A stretch of DNA of 64,000 nt, taken from assembly GCF_039654945.1 (NCBI RefSeq), contig NW_027361692.1, forward strand, positions 21,018,001 through 21,082,000, written 5' to 3'. This DNA is from Dendrobates tinctorius. Lineage: Eukaryota. Below are positions 1-11,668 of the stretch, in pieces. Numbering within the stretch: position 1 is the first letter of the stretch; each line of letters starts with the position of its first letter. The position numbers and the translations under genes are program-made. The notes beneath the pieces are model-generated. The model was not told the origin of the DNA. It saw nothing but the letters and a program-made list of their open reading frames with translations, and searched no databases.

Positions 1-1850
1 GTCTGATTTTGTGGGTGGGGCCCCTCAGGGTCCGATTTTGTGGCTGGGGCCCATCAGGGTCCGATTTTGTGACTGGGGCCCCACAGGGTCTGATTTTGTG
101 GGTGGGGCCCCTCAGGGTCCGATTTTGTGGCTGGGGCCCCTCAGGGTCTGATTTTGTGGGTGAGGCCCCTCAGGGTCCAATTTTGTGGCCGGGGCCCCTT
201 AGGGTCTGATTTTGTGACTGAGGCCCCTCTGGGTTCGATTTTGTGGCCGGGGTCTCTCAGGGTCTGATTTTGTGGGTGGGGCCCCTCAGCGACCGATTTT
301 GAGGGTGGGGCCCCTCAGGGTCTAATTTGGTGGGTGGGGCCCCTCAGGGTCCGATTTTGTGGGTGGGGTCCCTCATGGTCTGATTTTGTGGGTGGGGCCC
401 CTCAGGTTCTGATTTTGTGGTTGGGGCCCCTCAGGTTCTGATTTTGTGGCTGGGGCCCCTCAGGGTCCGATTTTGTGACTGGGGCCCCTCAGGGTCTGAT
501 TTTGTGGTTGGGGCCCCTCAGGGTCCGATTTTGTGGCCGGGGTCTCTCAGGGTCCGATTTTGTGGCCGGTTCCCCTCAGGGTCTGGATTTGTGGGTGGGG
601 CCCCTCAGGGTCCGATTTTGTGGGTGGGGCCCCTCAGAGTCCGATTTTGTGGCTGGGGCCCCTCAGGGTCTGATTTTGTGGCTGGGGCCCCTCAGGGTCT
701 GATTTTAAGGGTGGGGCCCCTCAGGGTCTAATTTGGTGGGCGGGGCCCCTCAGGGTCTGATTTTGTGGGTGGGGCCCCTCAGGGTCCGATTTCGTGACCT
801 GGGCCCCTTAGGGTCTGATTTTGTGACTAGGGTCCCTCTAGGTTCGATTTTGTGGCCGGGGTCTCTCAGGGTCCAATTTTGTGGTTGGGGCCCCTCAGGG
901 TCTGATTTTGTGGCCGGGCCCACTCAGGGTCCGATTTTGTGGGTGGGGCACCTTAGGGTCTGATTTTGTGGGTTGAGCCCCTTGGGTCCATTTTGGTGGG
1001 CGGTGCCCCTCATGGTCCGATTTAGTGGGCGGTGCCCCTCATGGTCTGATTTGGTGGACGGGCCCCTTAGGGTCCGATTTGGTGGGCGGGGCCCCCTGGG
1101 ACCGATTTGGTGGGCGGGGCCCCTCTGGGTCCGATTTGGTGGACGGGGCCCTTCAGGGTCCGATTTGGTGGGCGGGGCACCTCTGGGTCCGATTTGGTCG
1201 GCGGGGCCCTTCAGGGTCTGATTTGGTGGGCGGGGTCAATCTGGGTCCGATTTGGTGGGCGGTGCTCCTCGGGGGTCCGATTTGGTGGGCGGGGTCAATC
1301 TGGGTCCGATTTGGTGGGCGGGGCTCCTCAGGTTCCGATTTGGTGGGCAGGGCCCCTCAGGTTCTGATTTGGTGGGCGGGGCCCCTCAGGGTCCGATTTG
1401 ATGGGCGGGGCCTTTCTGGGTCCGATTTGGTAGGCGGGGCCACTCTGGGTCCGATTTGATCGGCGGGGCCCTTCAGGGTTCGATTTGGTGGGCGGGGTCA
1501 CTCTGGGTCCGATTTGGTGGGCGGGGCTTCTCAGGGTCTGATTTGGTGGGCGGGGCTCCTCAGGGTCCGATTTGGTGGACGGGGCCCTTCAAGGTCCGAT
1601 TTGGTGGGCGGGGCCAATCGGAGTCTGATTTGGTGGGTGGGGCCCCTCAGGATCCGATTTGGTGGGCTGTGCTACTCTGGGTCTGATTTTTTGAGCGGGG
1701 CCACACTGGGTCCGATTTGGAGGCCAGGGTGGCTCAACCTCCGATTTGGAGGCCGGGGTGGTTCAGCCTCCGATTTGGAGGCCGGGGTGGCTCAGCCTCC
1801 GATTTGGAGGCCGGGGTCACTCAGCTTTCGATTTGGCGCGCCGGCCCTTT
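1..1850. repeat. GC-rich ~29-30 bp minisatellite (consensus ~GGGTCCGATTTTGTGGGTGGGGCCCCTCA) whose unit drifts along the array
   Basis: About 60 tandem units are visible; the repetitive ORFs (GPLRVRFCG...) are translations of the repeat; the array runs off the left edge. Confidence 0.95.
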
Positions 1851-2513
1851 AAGACTCATTTCGGTGCGCTGGCCCTTTAAGAATCACTGTGGCACGTCGG
1901 CCCTTTAAGAGCCAGGGTGGCTCACTGGGTTTCTAAATCCACTTTGTCGCACATTCTATCTCAGGGGCATGTGTCATGTGATTAAGCTAGATTTGCATTT
2001 GTGCTGTGGGTTTCACTTTAAGAGCTGATATTATGTGGCAGAATCTCTCTCCTTGGGATGTCATGTGACGTTCGTAGGCGTTGGCATAGTAACTGGGTCT
2101 GCCTGCGCATATCAATGAGCTCAACTGCCATTTCAATCACCTCAGGGCACGTTTTGCCATTACCCATTGAAAAGCATTGGAGACAGTGCATTCCAATGAC
2201 GGGAAAAAAAATTTTCAAACGCAAATTGCGCAAAAACTACAAATCCGATCGACACGAAAAATACTTAGCACACCTCTCGTGGACGCTGGCTTCGAAACAA
2301 CACCTCAACGGCGTCTGTGCGTGTAGCGGTTCGGGCCGTATTAATTGCGGAAATCAACTTAATAATAATAAGAAGAATAAGTTAGCAGCGTTCGGATTAC
2401 AATATAGTGTTTTTTTCAAACCACTATAATAATAAGAAGAAGAAGAAGAATAAGTTAGCAGCGTTCGGATTACAATATAGTGGTTTTTTCAAACCACTAT
2501 AATAAGTTAGCAG
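1850..2513 (+). mobile_element. Putative 3' end of a non-autonomous Helentron/HINE-like rolling-circle element
   Basis: (TAA)n/(AAG)n microsatellite followed by a terminal hairpin TATAGTGGTTT-TTTC-AAACCACTATA; the ~70-bp terminal unit is repeated about 2.2 times (2377-2513) and cut by the hAT insertion. Confidence 0.5.
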
Positions 2514-3759
2514 TAGAGTTGAGCGACTTTTGGTTTTTTAGGGTCGCGTTTCGTTTCGTGAAACCCGACTTTTCCAAAAGTCGGGTCGAGCAAGATCGTT
2601 CGATTATAGGGAAAAGTCGGGGTCGTCCCGAAACACGAAACCTAATGTAAGTCAATGGGGAATAAAAGTCGGCAGTGAGAGGAGGACAGGAAACACACCT
2701 ACAGTGCCCATTTGAATGCCAAAAGCATCAATTCTTCTTACTTAAGCTTGTCAACCTTAATTAACTTCATAATACAAGTTACGCACTGAAAAATGGGGGT
2801 TATTTGGCTAAAGTTGTGGGGGGGAGGGCTGGCTGCAGGTTTTTATGTGCCCTGGGCGAAAGAGCGCCCCTTTAACACATACCACAACTCATCATGCTCC
2901 GATACGGCAGAGAAATAGTGGTATAGTGCAATGAAAAATACTTCACTTTTTACATCTCATGACGAGGCCCATCTATTTCTCCATACAGAATCATTGGTCC
3001 CATATAATGTTTGAAACAGTATATGATGAGCTCCACATAATGCTACAGTCTATGTTGGTCCCCATGGATGAAGCTCCACTGTCTTATGGGCCCAAATAAT
3101 GCTCCAAACATAATGGGCCCCATTTCTAATGCTCTAGTGTATAATGGGCCCTGTAAATGCTGCTCCAGTGTCTGATGTCCACCTTTGGAATGTTCCAGTG
3201 TATGGTGGGCCCCATCTATCATTCTCCAGAGTATAGTGCTCCCCAAAAATTGCTGTCCCAACATTGAAAACAATCAAATAAGTCTCCTCGCTAGGGAATC
3301 CCTGTACTTGTCTGGACTCCTTGTCGTCCCCATCTTCCATCTCACTGCACAGTATTTCAACTTTGCAAGTGCTGTGATCCTGAGCAAGCAGGGGGGGCCC
3401 ACTCATTGGCGATGGCACTGGCACAGGGCCCCTGATAGTACGGTGGTGTGTCTGATGGCGGGTGGGCCGAACCTGCACTTTCATCTGCAGCTTCCTCTTT
3501 GTCACCGTGTAAGATGGAACTGTATATGGGAAGGGTAACCTGAGTTTCATCAGGGTCAGATTCAGGTCGTGTAGCGTGCGAGGGGAATGTAGTGGTCTGG
3601 GTCAATGTACCAGCAGACTCATCGAGCAGTGGCTGGGCATCAGTGCACTTGTGTCGCCCCCAGGAGTACGGTCGCCACAGTGGCATTACCTTCTTCCTAG
3701 GGAGTGTGATGTCATGCTTGGGAGCAACGAAGGATCTCTCTAGCAGTTTAACTGATTGG

Positions 3760-4230
3760 GCGGCGTTATTCCCACGAGTCATGACCCTCCAAACAGCGTT
3801 CATGAAGGCAAAGTGTTTGTTTTACGTGGGCAGTATGGTTGCAAAGCTGAACCTTAAAGGAATGTCCAGAAGGGCACCACCAGGAGTGGAGCCTACGGTT
3901 AAATTCAACTCCACCTGGGAAACCTCAACCATGCCAGCTACAGAACAGATGCACACATTGCAAGCTTAATTCCGTTAACGAACGAGACTCCGTCATGCCC
4001 CGCGGTCCGAGTCCGGCTTACTAGAGGGACACGTGAGGCTCTGGCACATGAGATTGGCCAAAAACTGGTGTGTCATGCCCTTACATGTCCGTGGCTGCAT
4101 GTGCGCTACACTGAAAAGGCCAGCGTTTGTCGCTTACAGGTGCAGATAACCCGCTGAACAACGTTAGTGATGGGGATCACTGATTACAATTATTACCCGC
4201 GAACAATGATTTCCCAGTAAGTGCAGGTCA
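3760..4230 (+). pseudogene. Diverged 18S rRNA-derived fragment (3' half) inside the hAT element
   Basis: Recognisable 18S motifs in order: GCGGCGTTATTCCCA, AGTATGGTTGCAAAGCTGAA.CTTAAAGGAAT, AAGGGCACCACCAGGAGTGGAGCCT, TTAATTCCG.TAACGAACGAGACTC, ATGCCCTTA.ATGTCCG.GGCTGCA..GCGCTACACTGA, GTGATGGGGATC, TTCCCAGTAAGTGC.GGTCA; many substitutions and internal deletions. Confidence 0.9.
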
Positions 4231-4339
4231 ACCGCAGTTCCGGAATTAGGCCTAACCGTCATTCCTGAAAAAATGAAAAACTTACGTGTGCAAACCACAG
4301 GTGCTGCAGCTTGCTTAACAGCTCGCCAGCCGTTCTCAC

Positions 4340-6212
4340 GCCCAGTATGGATTACACGTGATTGCACAAAGGTGAGAAAGGGTACCGTATCCCCAGATAA
4401 CATGTATGGATAGCGTACACATTCAAAATATATGTCTCAGGAGGCAGGCTCAGACGGTGTCAGGCCCAGTATGGATTGTACGTGATTGCACAAAGGTGAG
4501 AAAGGGTACCGTATCCCCAGATAACATGAATTGGATAGCGTACACATTCAAAATATATGTCTCAGGAGGCAGGCTCAGACGGTGTCAGGCCCAGTATGGA
4601 TTGCACGTGATTGCACAAAGGTTAGAAAGGGTACCGTTTCCCCAGATAACATGTATGGATAGCGTACACATTCAAAATATATGTCTCAGGAGGCAGGCTC
4701 AGACGGTGTCATGCCCAGTATGGATTGCACGTGATTGCACAAAGGTTAGAAAGGGTACCGTTTCCCCAGATAACATGTATGGATAGCGTACACATTCAAA
4801 ATATATGTCTCAGGAGGCAGGCTCAGACGGTGTTAGGCCCAGTATGGATTGCACGTGATTGCACAAAGGTTAGAAAGGGTACCGTATCCCCAGATAACAT
4901 GTTTGGATAGCGTACATATTCAAAATATATGTCTCAGGAGGCAGGCTCAGACGGTGTTAGGCCCAGTATGGATTGCACGTGCTTGCACAAAGGTTAGAAA
5001 GGGTACCGTATCCCCAGATAACATGTATGGATAGCGTACACATTCAAAATATATGTCTCAGGAGGCAGGCTCAGACGGTGTCAGGCCCAGTATGGATTGC
5101 ACGTGATTGCACAAAGGTTAGAAATGGTACCGTTTCCCCAGATAACATGTATGGATAGCGTACACATTCAAAATATATGTCTCAGGAGGCAGGCTCAGAC
5201 GGTGTTAGGCCCAGTATGGATTGCACGTGATTGCACAAAGGTTAGAAAGGGTACCGTATCCCCAGATAACATGTATGGATAGCGTACACATTCAAAATAT
5301 ATGTCTCAGGAGGCAGGCTCAGACGGTGTCAGGCCCAGTATGGATTGCACGTGATTGCACAAAGGTTAGAAAGGGTACCGTTTCCCCAGATAACATGTAT
5401 GGATAGCGCACACATTCAAAATATATGTCTCAGGAGGCAGGCTCAGACGGTGTTAGGCCCAGTATGGATTGCACGTGATTGCACAAAGGTTAGAAAGGGT
5501 ACCGTATCCCCAGATAACATGTATGGATAGCGTACATATTCAAAATATATGTCTCAGGAGGCAGGCTCAGACGGTGTCAGGCCCAGTATGGATTGCATGT
5601 GATTGCACAAAGGTTAGAAAGGGTACGGTTTCCCCAGATAACATGTATGGATAGCGTACACATTCAAAATATATGTCTCAGGAGGCAGGCTCAGACGGTG
5701 TTAGGCCCAGTATGGCTTGCACGTGATTGCACAAAGGTTAGAAAGGGTACCGTATCCCCAGATAACATGTATGGATAGCGTACACATTCAAAATATATGT
5801 CTCAGGAGGCAGGCTCAGACGGTGTCAGGCCCAGTATGGAGTGCACGTGATTGCACAAAGGTTAGAAAGGGTACCGTTTCCCCAGATAACATGTATGGAT
5901 AGCGTACACATTCAAAATATATGTCTCAGGAGGCAGGCTCAGATGGTGTTAGGCCCAGTATGGATTGCACGTGATTGCACAAAGGTTAGAAAGTGTACCG
6001 TATCCCCAGATAACATGTATGGATAGCGTACACATTCAAAATATATGTCTCAGGAGGCAGGCTCAGACGGCGTCAGGCCCAGTATGGATTGCACGTGATT
6101 GCACAAAGGTTAGAAAGGGTACCGTATTCCCAGATAACATGTATGGATAGCGTACACATTCAAAATATATGTCTCAGGAGGCAGGCTCAGACGGTGTCAG
6201 GCACAGTATGGA
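4340..6212. repeat. 124-bp tandem array (~15 copies) inside the hAT element
   Basis: Near-identical units at exact 124-bp spacing (ORF starts 4725, 4849, 4973...); each unit has GGTACC, CACGTG and ACATGT. Confidence 0.97.
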
Positions 6213-6633
6213 TTTGACGGCCCAGATTACACAGCGGAGGACCAGGGAGAGGTAAAGATTGCAAATGCTGGGGCCCTGCCCAAGCAAGGGGGGCCCACTC
6301 GTGGGCGTCGGTACTGGCACTGGGCCCCTCATAGTACAGCGGTGTGTCTGACGGCGGGTGTGCACCACCACCGTCAGAGACACTTGATTGCACTATTAAG
6401 GACCCTGTGCCAGTGCCCGTGCCCAAGAGTCGGCCTACCCACCTGTCCAGGGCAACGGCACTCGCACGGTGTCGTGCGCTAGGTGGTGACCCCGGCCATG
6501 GGGGGGGAGGCAGCACAGTTAGGGAGTTTTAGAAAGTGGCATATGTTGATGTTGGACATTCAGCTGATGCAAAAGGCGAAATAGGTGAAGCCCCAGGAAG
6601 AGGTGGACCAAAGCAAGCCATTTTTCTGTCACC

Positions 6634-9600
6634 CTATGTGTCATCAGGGGAAGGTGGGACAAAATCCTTGGAAACCCATGCGTGGTTCATTTTAATGAAG
6701 GTTAGATCATCCACATTTTGGGTTGACAGACGGGTCCTTTTTTCTGTCAGGATTGATCCAGCTGCACTGAAGACTCTTTCCGATAGCACACTTGCAGCTG
6801 GGCAAGCGAGCTCCTGTAAGGCATATTGGGCCAATTCAGGCCAGGTGTCCAGTTTAGCGGCCCAATAGTCAAAGGGGAATGACCTGTGTGGGAGAACATC
6901 GATATGGGAGGAAAAGTAGTTTGTAACCATAGTTGACAACTGCTGTCTCCTGTCACTTTCCATCGATGCAGTATTACCAGTTGTGTGAGCGGTATTTGAA
7001 AAATCAGTCCACAACATTGTCATGAAACCCCTGTCTCCAACGCCACTTCTGCTGTGTGCACCACGAACACCTCTGCCAAGCTGCCCCCGGCCCGTACGGC
7101 TCGTGTGAGAACCATCACCGCTGCTGTGTGCTGGGAATGCCTCAAGCAAGCGATTTACCAGAGTTGCTTGTTTATTAGCCAATATTAGGTCAAGGTTCTC
7201 CTGTGGCATGATGTTTTGTAATTTGCCTTTATAGCGTGGATCCAGGATGCTGGCCAACCAGTAGTCGTCATCGTTCATCATTTTGGCAATGCGGGGGTCC
7301 CTTTTTAGGATCCGCAAAGCATAATCTGACATGTGGGCCAATGTTCCCGGTGTCAATGATGCACTGCGAGTGCTGGGTGGAGGAACACTTTCTGGCAAAT
7401 CCACATCCCTCCAGTCACGCACAAACCCTGTACCAGACCTTGCCACGCCAACATTTTCACTTGCCCCACGAGATGCATCTTCCTCCCCTAAGTAATCATC
7501 CCCATCATCATCCTCCTCCTCCTCTTCTTCCTCCACCTCGTCCAGGAGAGGTCCCTGAGCAGACAATGGCTGAATGTCATCAAGGATTCCCTCCTCCTCT
7601 TCCTCCTCATCAACATTGGCTGCAGATGCCTGCTCCTTAAGGTGCATCAAAGTTTACATGAGCAGACGCATAAGTGGGATGCTCATGCTTAGAATGGCGT
7701 CGTCTGCGCTTACCAGCCGTGTGCATTCCTCAAAACACTGAAGGACTTTACAGAGGTCTTTCAGCTTCGACCACTGCACACCTGTCAACTCCATGTCTGC
7801 TCTCAAAGTGCCTGGCCGTGTATCCTCCCACAAATGCATTATGGCCTGCCTCTGCCCGCACAGCCGATCCACCATGTGCAGGGTGGAGTTCCACCTTGTT
7901 GCAATGTCGATAATGAGGCGGTGGTTGGGAAGGTGGAGCAATCGCTGCAGCTTCTGCATACGAACGGAGTGTACAGGCGACCGGCGGATGTGCGCGCACA
8001 GTCTTCGCACCTTCTGGAGCAGGGCTGTTAACTCCGGATAATTTTTGAGGAAGCACTGCACCACCAGGTTCAAGGTGTGAGCCAAGCAAGGTATGTGGCT
8101 GAGTTTTGAAAGGGCTATGGCTGCCACAAAATTACGGCCGTTATCACTAACTACCTTGCCTGCCTCAAGATGTACACTGCCCAGCCATGACTCAGTTTTT
8201 CGCTTCAAGTACTCGGCCAGCACCTCGGCGGTGTGTCTGTCGCCCAAACACATCATCTGCAACACAGCCTGCTGACGCTTTCCACTAGCTGCTCGATAGG
8301 GGGACACATCGTGTGCAACAGTGGCAGCTGCAGATGGAGTGCTCGTACGACTGCGCTCTGTGGACGAGCTTTCGCTTCTGGAGGAGGAGGAGGAGGAGGA
8401 GGAGGGTCGAACGCCTACAGCCAACTGTTTCCTATACCGTGGGCTAGGCAGCACTGTCCCACCACCGCTGTCCCCTGTGGACCCTGCATCCACCACATTA
8501 ACCCAGTGCGCAGTGATGGACACGTAACGGCCCTGACCATGCCGACTGGACCATGCATCAGTTGTGAGGTGCACCTTTCCGCTCACTGACTGCTTGATTG
8601 CATGGACAATGCGGTCTTTCACATGATGGTGGAGGGCTGGGATGGCTTTGCGAGAGAAGAAGTGGCGACTGGGTAGGTCATAGCGTGGTACTGCATAGGC
8701 CATGAGTTCGCGGAAAGCTGTGCTTTCCACCAACCGAAAGGGCATCATCTCAAACGAGATTAGTTTGGCAATGTGGGCGTTCAAACCCAGTGTACGCGGA
8801 TGAGAGACTGAGTACTTTCTTGACCTACTCATAGTTTCTGGGAGGGTGAGCTGGACTTGAGAGCTGCATATGGTGGAAGTAGCGGTGGACAGGGCGGACT
8901 GAGAGAGGGTTGATGATGGTGATGGAGTTGGTGTTCTTTCTGATGGCCTAGAATCAGTCTTTCGTTGATATAACAGTGGGATTCCCTGACTGCTGTGGCC
9001 TTGCAACGACACCTCAACATTTGCTGCTGTGCTAACCGGTGGGCTTACAGTGGGGGAAACAATGTAGCGTTGCTGACTACCTTCGTTGTGATCAGTTGCA
9101 CATGTGGCACTTGAGGTTTGGTGTTGTGTCCACGCTTGCAAGTGCATGCTGGTTAAATGTCTAAGCATGCAACTGGTATTCAAATTTTTCAGATTTTTCC
9201 CTCGGCTAAAGGTCTTTGCGCACTTCTTACAGATAACCTTGCCTGATCATGAGGATTTTGTTCAAAAAAGTGCCACACTGCACTCTTCCTACTTTGGAAG
9301 ACATTTTGCGGCCTAGCACGCTGTGCTATTTTGACCCTCTGGACAAGCTGTCCAGCAACTCTTTTGATGTTTGGAACCTGTCTTTGGAGTGCTCCGGGCC
9401 TGCCAGATAACAGCTGTTGCGATGTCGATGTCTGCTGTGGATGCTCCTCATCTGAGCTGTTGGAAGCAGCACCCTCTTCCCCCAATGGATGCCAATCTGG
9501 GTCAACAACTGGGTCATCCATCACCTCCTCTTCTATGTCATGTGCACCTTCCTCTGTGTCACCGTGTATGGTGGTATAGTGTGCGGGAAGGGGCACCTGA

Positions 9601-10178
9601 GTCTCATCAGGGTCAGAATCTGGCTCTGTACACTGCGAGGACAATGTAGTGCTCTGAGTGAATGTACCAGCAGAATCATCCATCAGCGGCTGTGCATCAG
9701 TACACTCCATGTCAGATTCATCTTGGCCTGGGTAATTCACCATTTCACTTGATAATCCAGGCATGGTATGTGAAAACAGCTCCATGGAGTAATCAGTAGT
9801 ATGGCCTGCGTCATCCTTCAATCTTGGTTGGGGTGAAGGACACAAGGAAAGGTGTGGTTCATGAACATGAGCCTCCAATGATGACTCAGTGCTTTTACTT
9901 TTTACAACTGAAGAAGAGGAGGCGATAGAGTTGGAGGCTGAATCAGCAATGTAATACAAAACTTTTTCCTGATGCTCTGGCTTTAAAAGCGGTTTGCCAA
10001 CTCCTAGAAAACTAAGCGTTCGAGGCCTTATGTAGCCAGACGATGACGCAGGGTCAGCACCTCCTGCATTCGGTCCTATTTTGCTCTTGCCACTACCATC
10101 AGATCCACCACCAACACCATCATTACCAGTTGCCAACCCCCGCCCAATTACACGGCCTCTTCCACCAGCCTTCCTCAT
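6634..10178 (-). pseudogene. hAT transposase (ZBED4/ZBED6-like: acidic N-terminus, BED finger, DDE core, hATC dimerisation domain), disrupted
   Basis: ATG at 10178 (MRKAGGRGR). BED motif KSAVWHFF...C..C...MLRHL is broken by a frameshift near 9240. Core motifs HLTTDAWS, VSDNG, CLAHTLNLVV, TRWNST. In-frame TAA at 7654-7656. C-terminal WPELAQYALQELACPAASVLSERVFSAAG. Confidence 0.93.
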
Positions 10179-10254
10179 TTTTGGTAGAAATGTAGACAAA
10201 ATCCAACAAACTATATAGTAATGTAAAACAAGGTACAAGGTGTCTATAGGACAG

Positions 10255-11040
10255 GGGAGATTTTGAATTTCTGCAGACACTTTTGGACACTGGACACTTT
10301 TGGATTGTGTGAGGCCCAATGAATATATGAGCGCTATGTGACAGGCTCGATGGCACAGCTGTGACCAAAGTGACTAGAGGATAAGGGAGATTTTGAATCT
10401 CTGCACACACTTTTGGACACTGGACACTTTTGGATTGTGTGAGGCCCAATGAATATATGAGCGCTATGTGACAGGCTCGATGGCACAGCTGTGACCAAAG
10501 TGACTAGAGGATAAGGGAGATTTTGAATCTCTGCACACACTTTTGGACACTGGACACTTTTGGATTATGTGAGGCCCACTGATATCTGAGCGCTATGTGA
10601 CAGGCTCGATGGCACAGCTGTGACCAAAGTAACTAGAGGATAAGGGAGATTTTGAATCTCTGCACACACTTTTGGACACTGGACACTTTTGGATTGTGTG
10701 AGGCCCAATGAATATCTGAGCGCTATGTGACAGGCTCGATGGCACAGCTGTGACCAAAGTGACTAGAGGATAAGGGAGATTTTGAATCTCTGCACACACT
10801 TTTGGACACTGGACACTTTTGGATTGTGTGAGGCCCACTGATATCTGAGCGCTAGGTCACAGGCTCGATGGCACAGCTGTGACAATAGTGACTAGAGGAT
10901 AAGGGAGATTTTGAATCTCTGCACACACTTTTAGACACTGGACACTTTTGGATTGTGTGAGGCCCAATGAATATCTGAGCGCTATGTGACAGGCTCAATG
11001 GCACAGCTGTGACAATAGTGACTAGAGGATAAGGGAGATT
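10255..11040. repeat. ~130-bp tandem array (~6 copies) upstream of the hAT transposase
   Basis: Unit GGGAGATTTTGAATCTCTGCACACAC...GACTAGAGGATAA recurs at ~130-bp spacing. Confidence 0.95.
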
Positions 11041-11450
11041 GGATTGCTTTTAAAAAAGCAGTTTGCGGAGCAGTGGGTAAACAGCAATGCCAGCCTGTCA
11101 GGAAGCCTTAAAAGGCAGCCCAACAACCAACACCACTGATACACCACAATATAGCCTCCCCTTGCACTGCACACACAGTGACTGGTGTGTTGTGCAGGCC
11201 AAATTGCTAGCAGCAGAAGCAGTTTTTTTTTCTTCTCAGCAGGACAAAAAAAAAAATTTGGATTGCTTTTAAAAAAGCAGTTTGCGGAGCAGTGGGTAAA
11301 CAGCAATGCAGGAATGTCAGGAAGCCTTAGAAGGCAGCCCAACAACCAACACCACTGATACACCACTATATAGCCTCCCCTTGCACTGCACACACAGTGA
11401 CTGGTGTGTTGTGCAGGCCAAATCGCTAGCAGCAGAAGCAGTTTTTTTGT
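11040..11450. repeat. ~190-bp direct duplication in the hAT 5' region
   Basis: GGATTGCTTTTAAAAAAGCAG...GCAGAAGCAGTTTTT occurs twice, ~219 bp apart. Confidence 0.9.
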
Positions 11451-11520
11451 CTTCTTCCCTGCCTAACGCTCTCCCTACAGAATCAGCAGCAACCTCTCCC
11501 TATACTGAGATCGGCAGAAG

Positions 11521-11668
11521 TAAGATGGCGGTCGGCGTGCACGCCCTTTTATACCCCCTGTGACGCCCACCAAAGCAAGCCAATCACTTGCATGCCCTTC
11601 TGAAAGATGGTGGTGACCCCTGCCTATGTCATCACGTTGCCCACAGTGTCCGTGGATCCTGATTGGCT
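11521..11668 (-). promoter_or_regulatory. Candidate Pol II promoter of the hAT transposase
   Basis: Minus-strand TATAAAA (11547-11553), a YY1/Inr-like CCGCCATCTT ~16-25 nt downstream, and two inverted CCAAT boxes upstream (~11580 and ~11662). Confidence 0.5.

Noticed and set aside
9-1908. Protein-coding ORFs in the minisatellite
   Set aside because: They are translations of a stop-poor tandem repeat in all frames.
3760-4230. Functional rRNA gene or rDNA unit
   Set aside because: It is partial, deleted and heavily mutated, with no ITS, 5.8S or 28S nearby.
4340-6212. CRISPR-like array
   Set aside because: Units are contiguous and near-identical, with no unique spacers and no cas genes; the context is a eukaryotic TE.
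6634-10319. Domesticated ZBED4/ZBED6 host gene
   Set aside because: It is flanked by TIRs and carries a frameshift and a stop, so it is a transposon copy.
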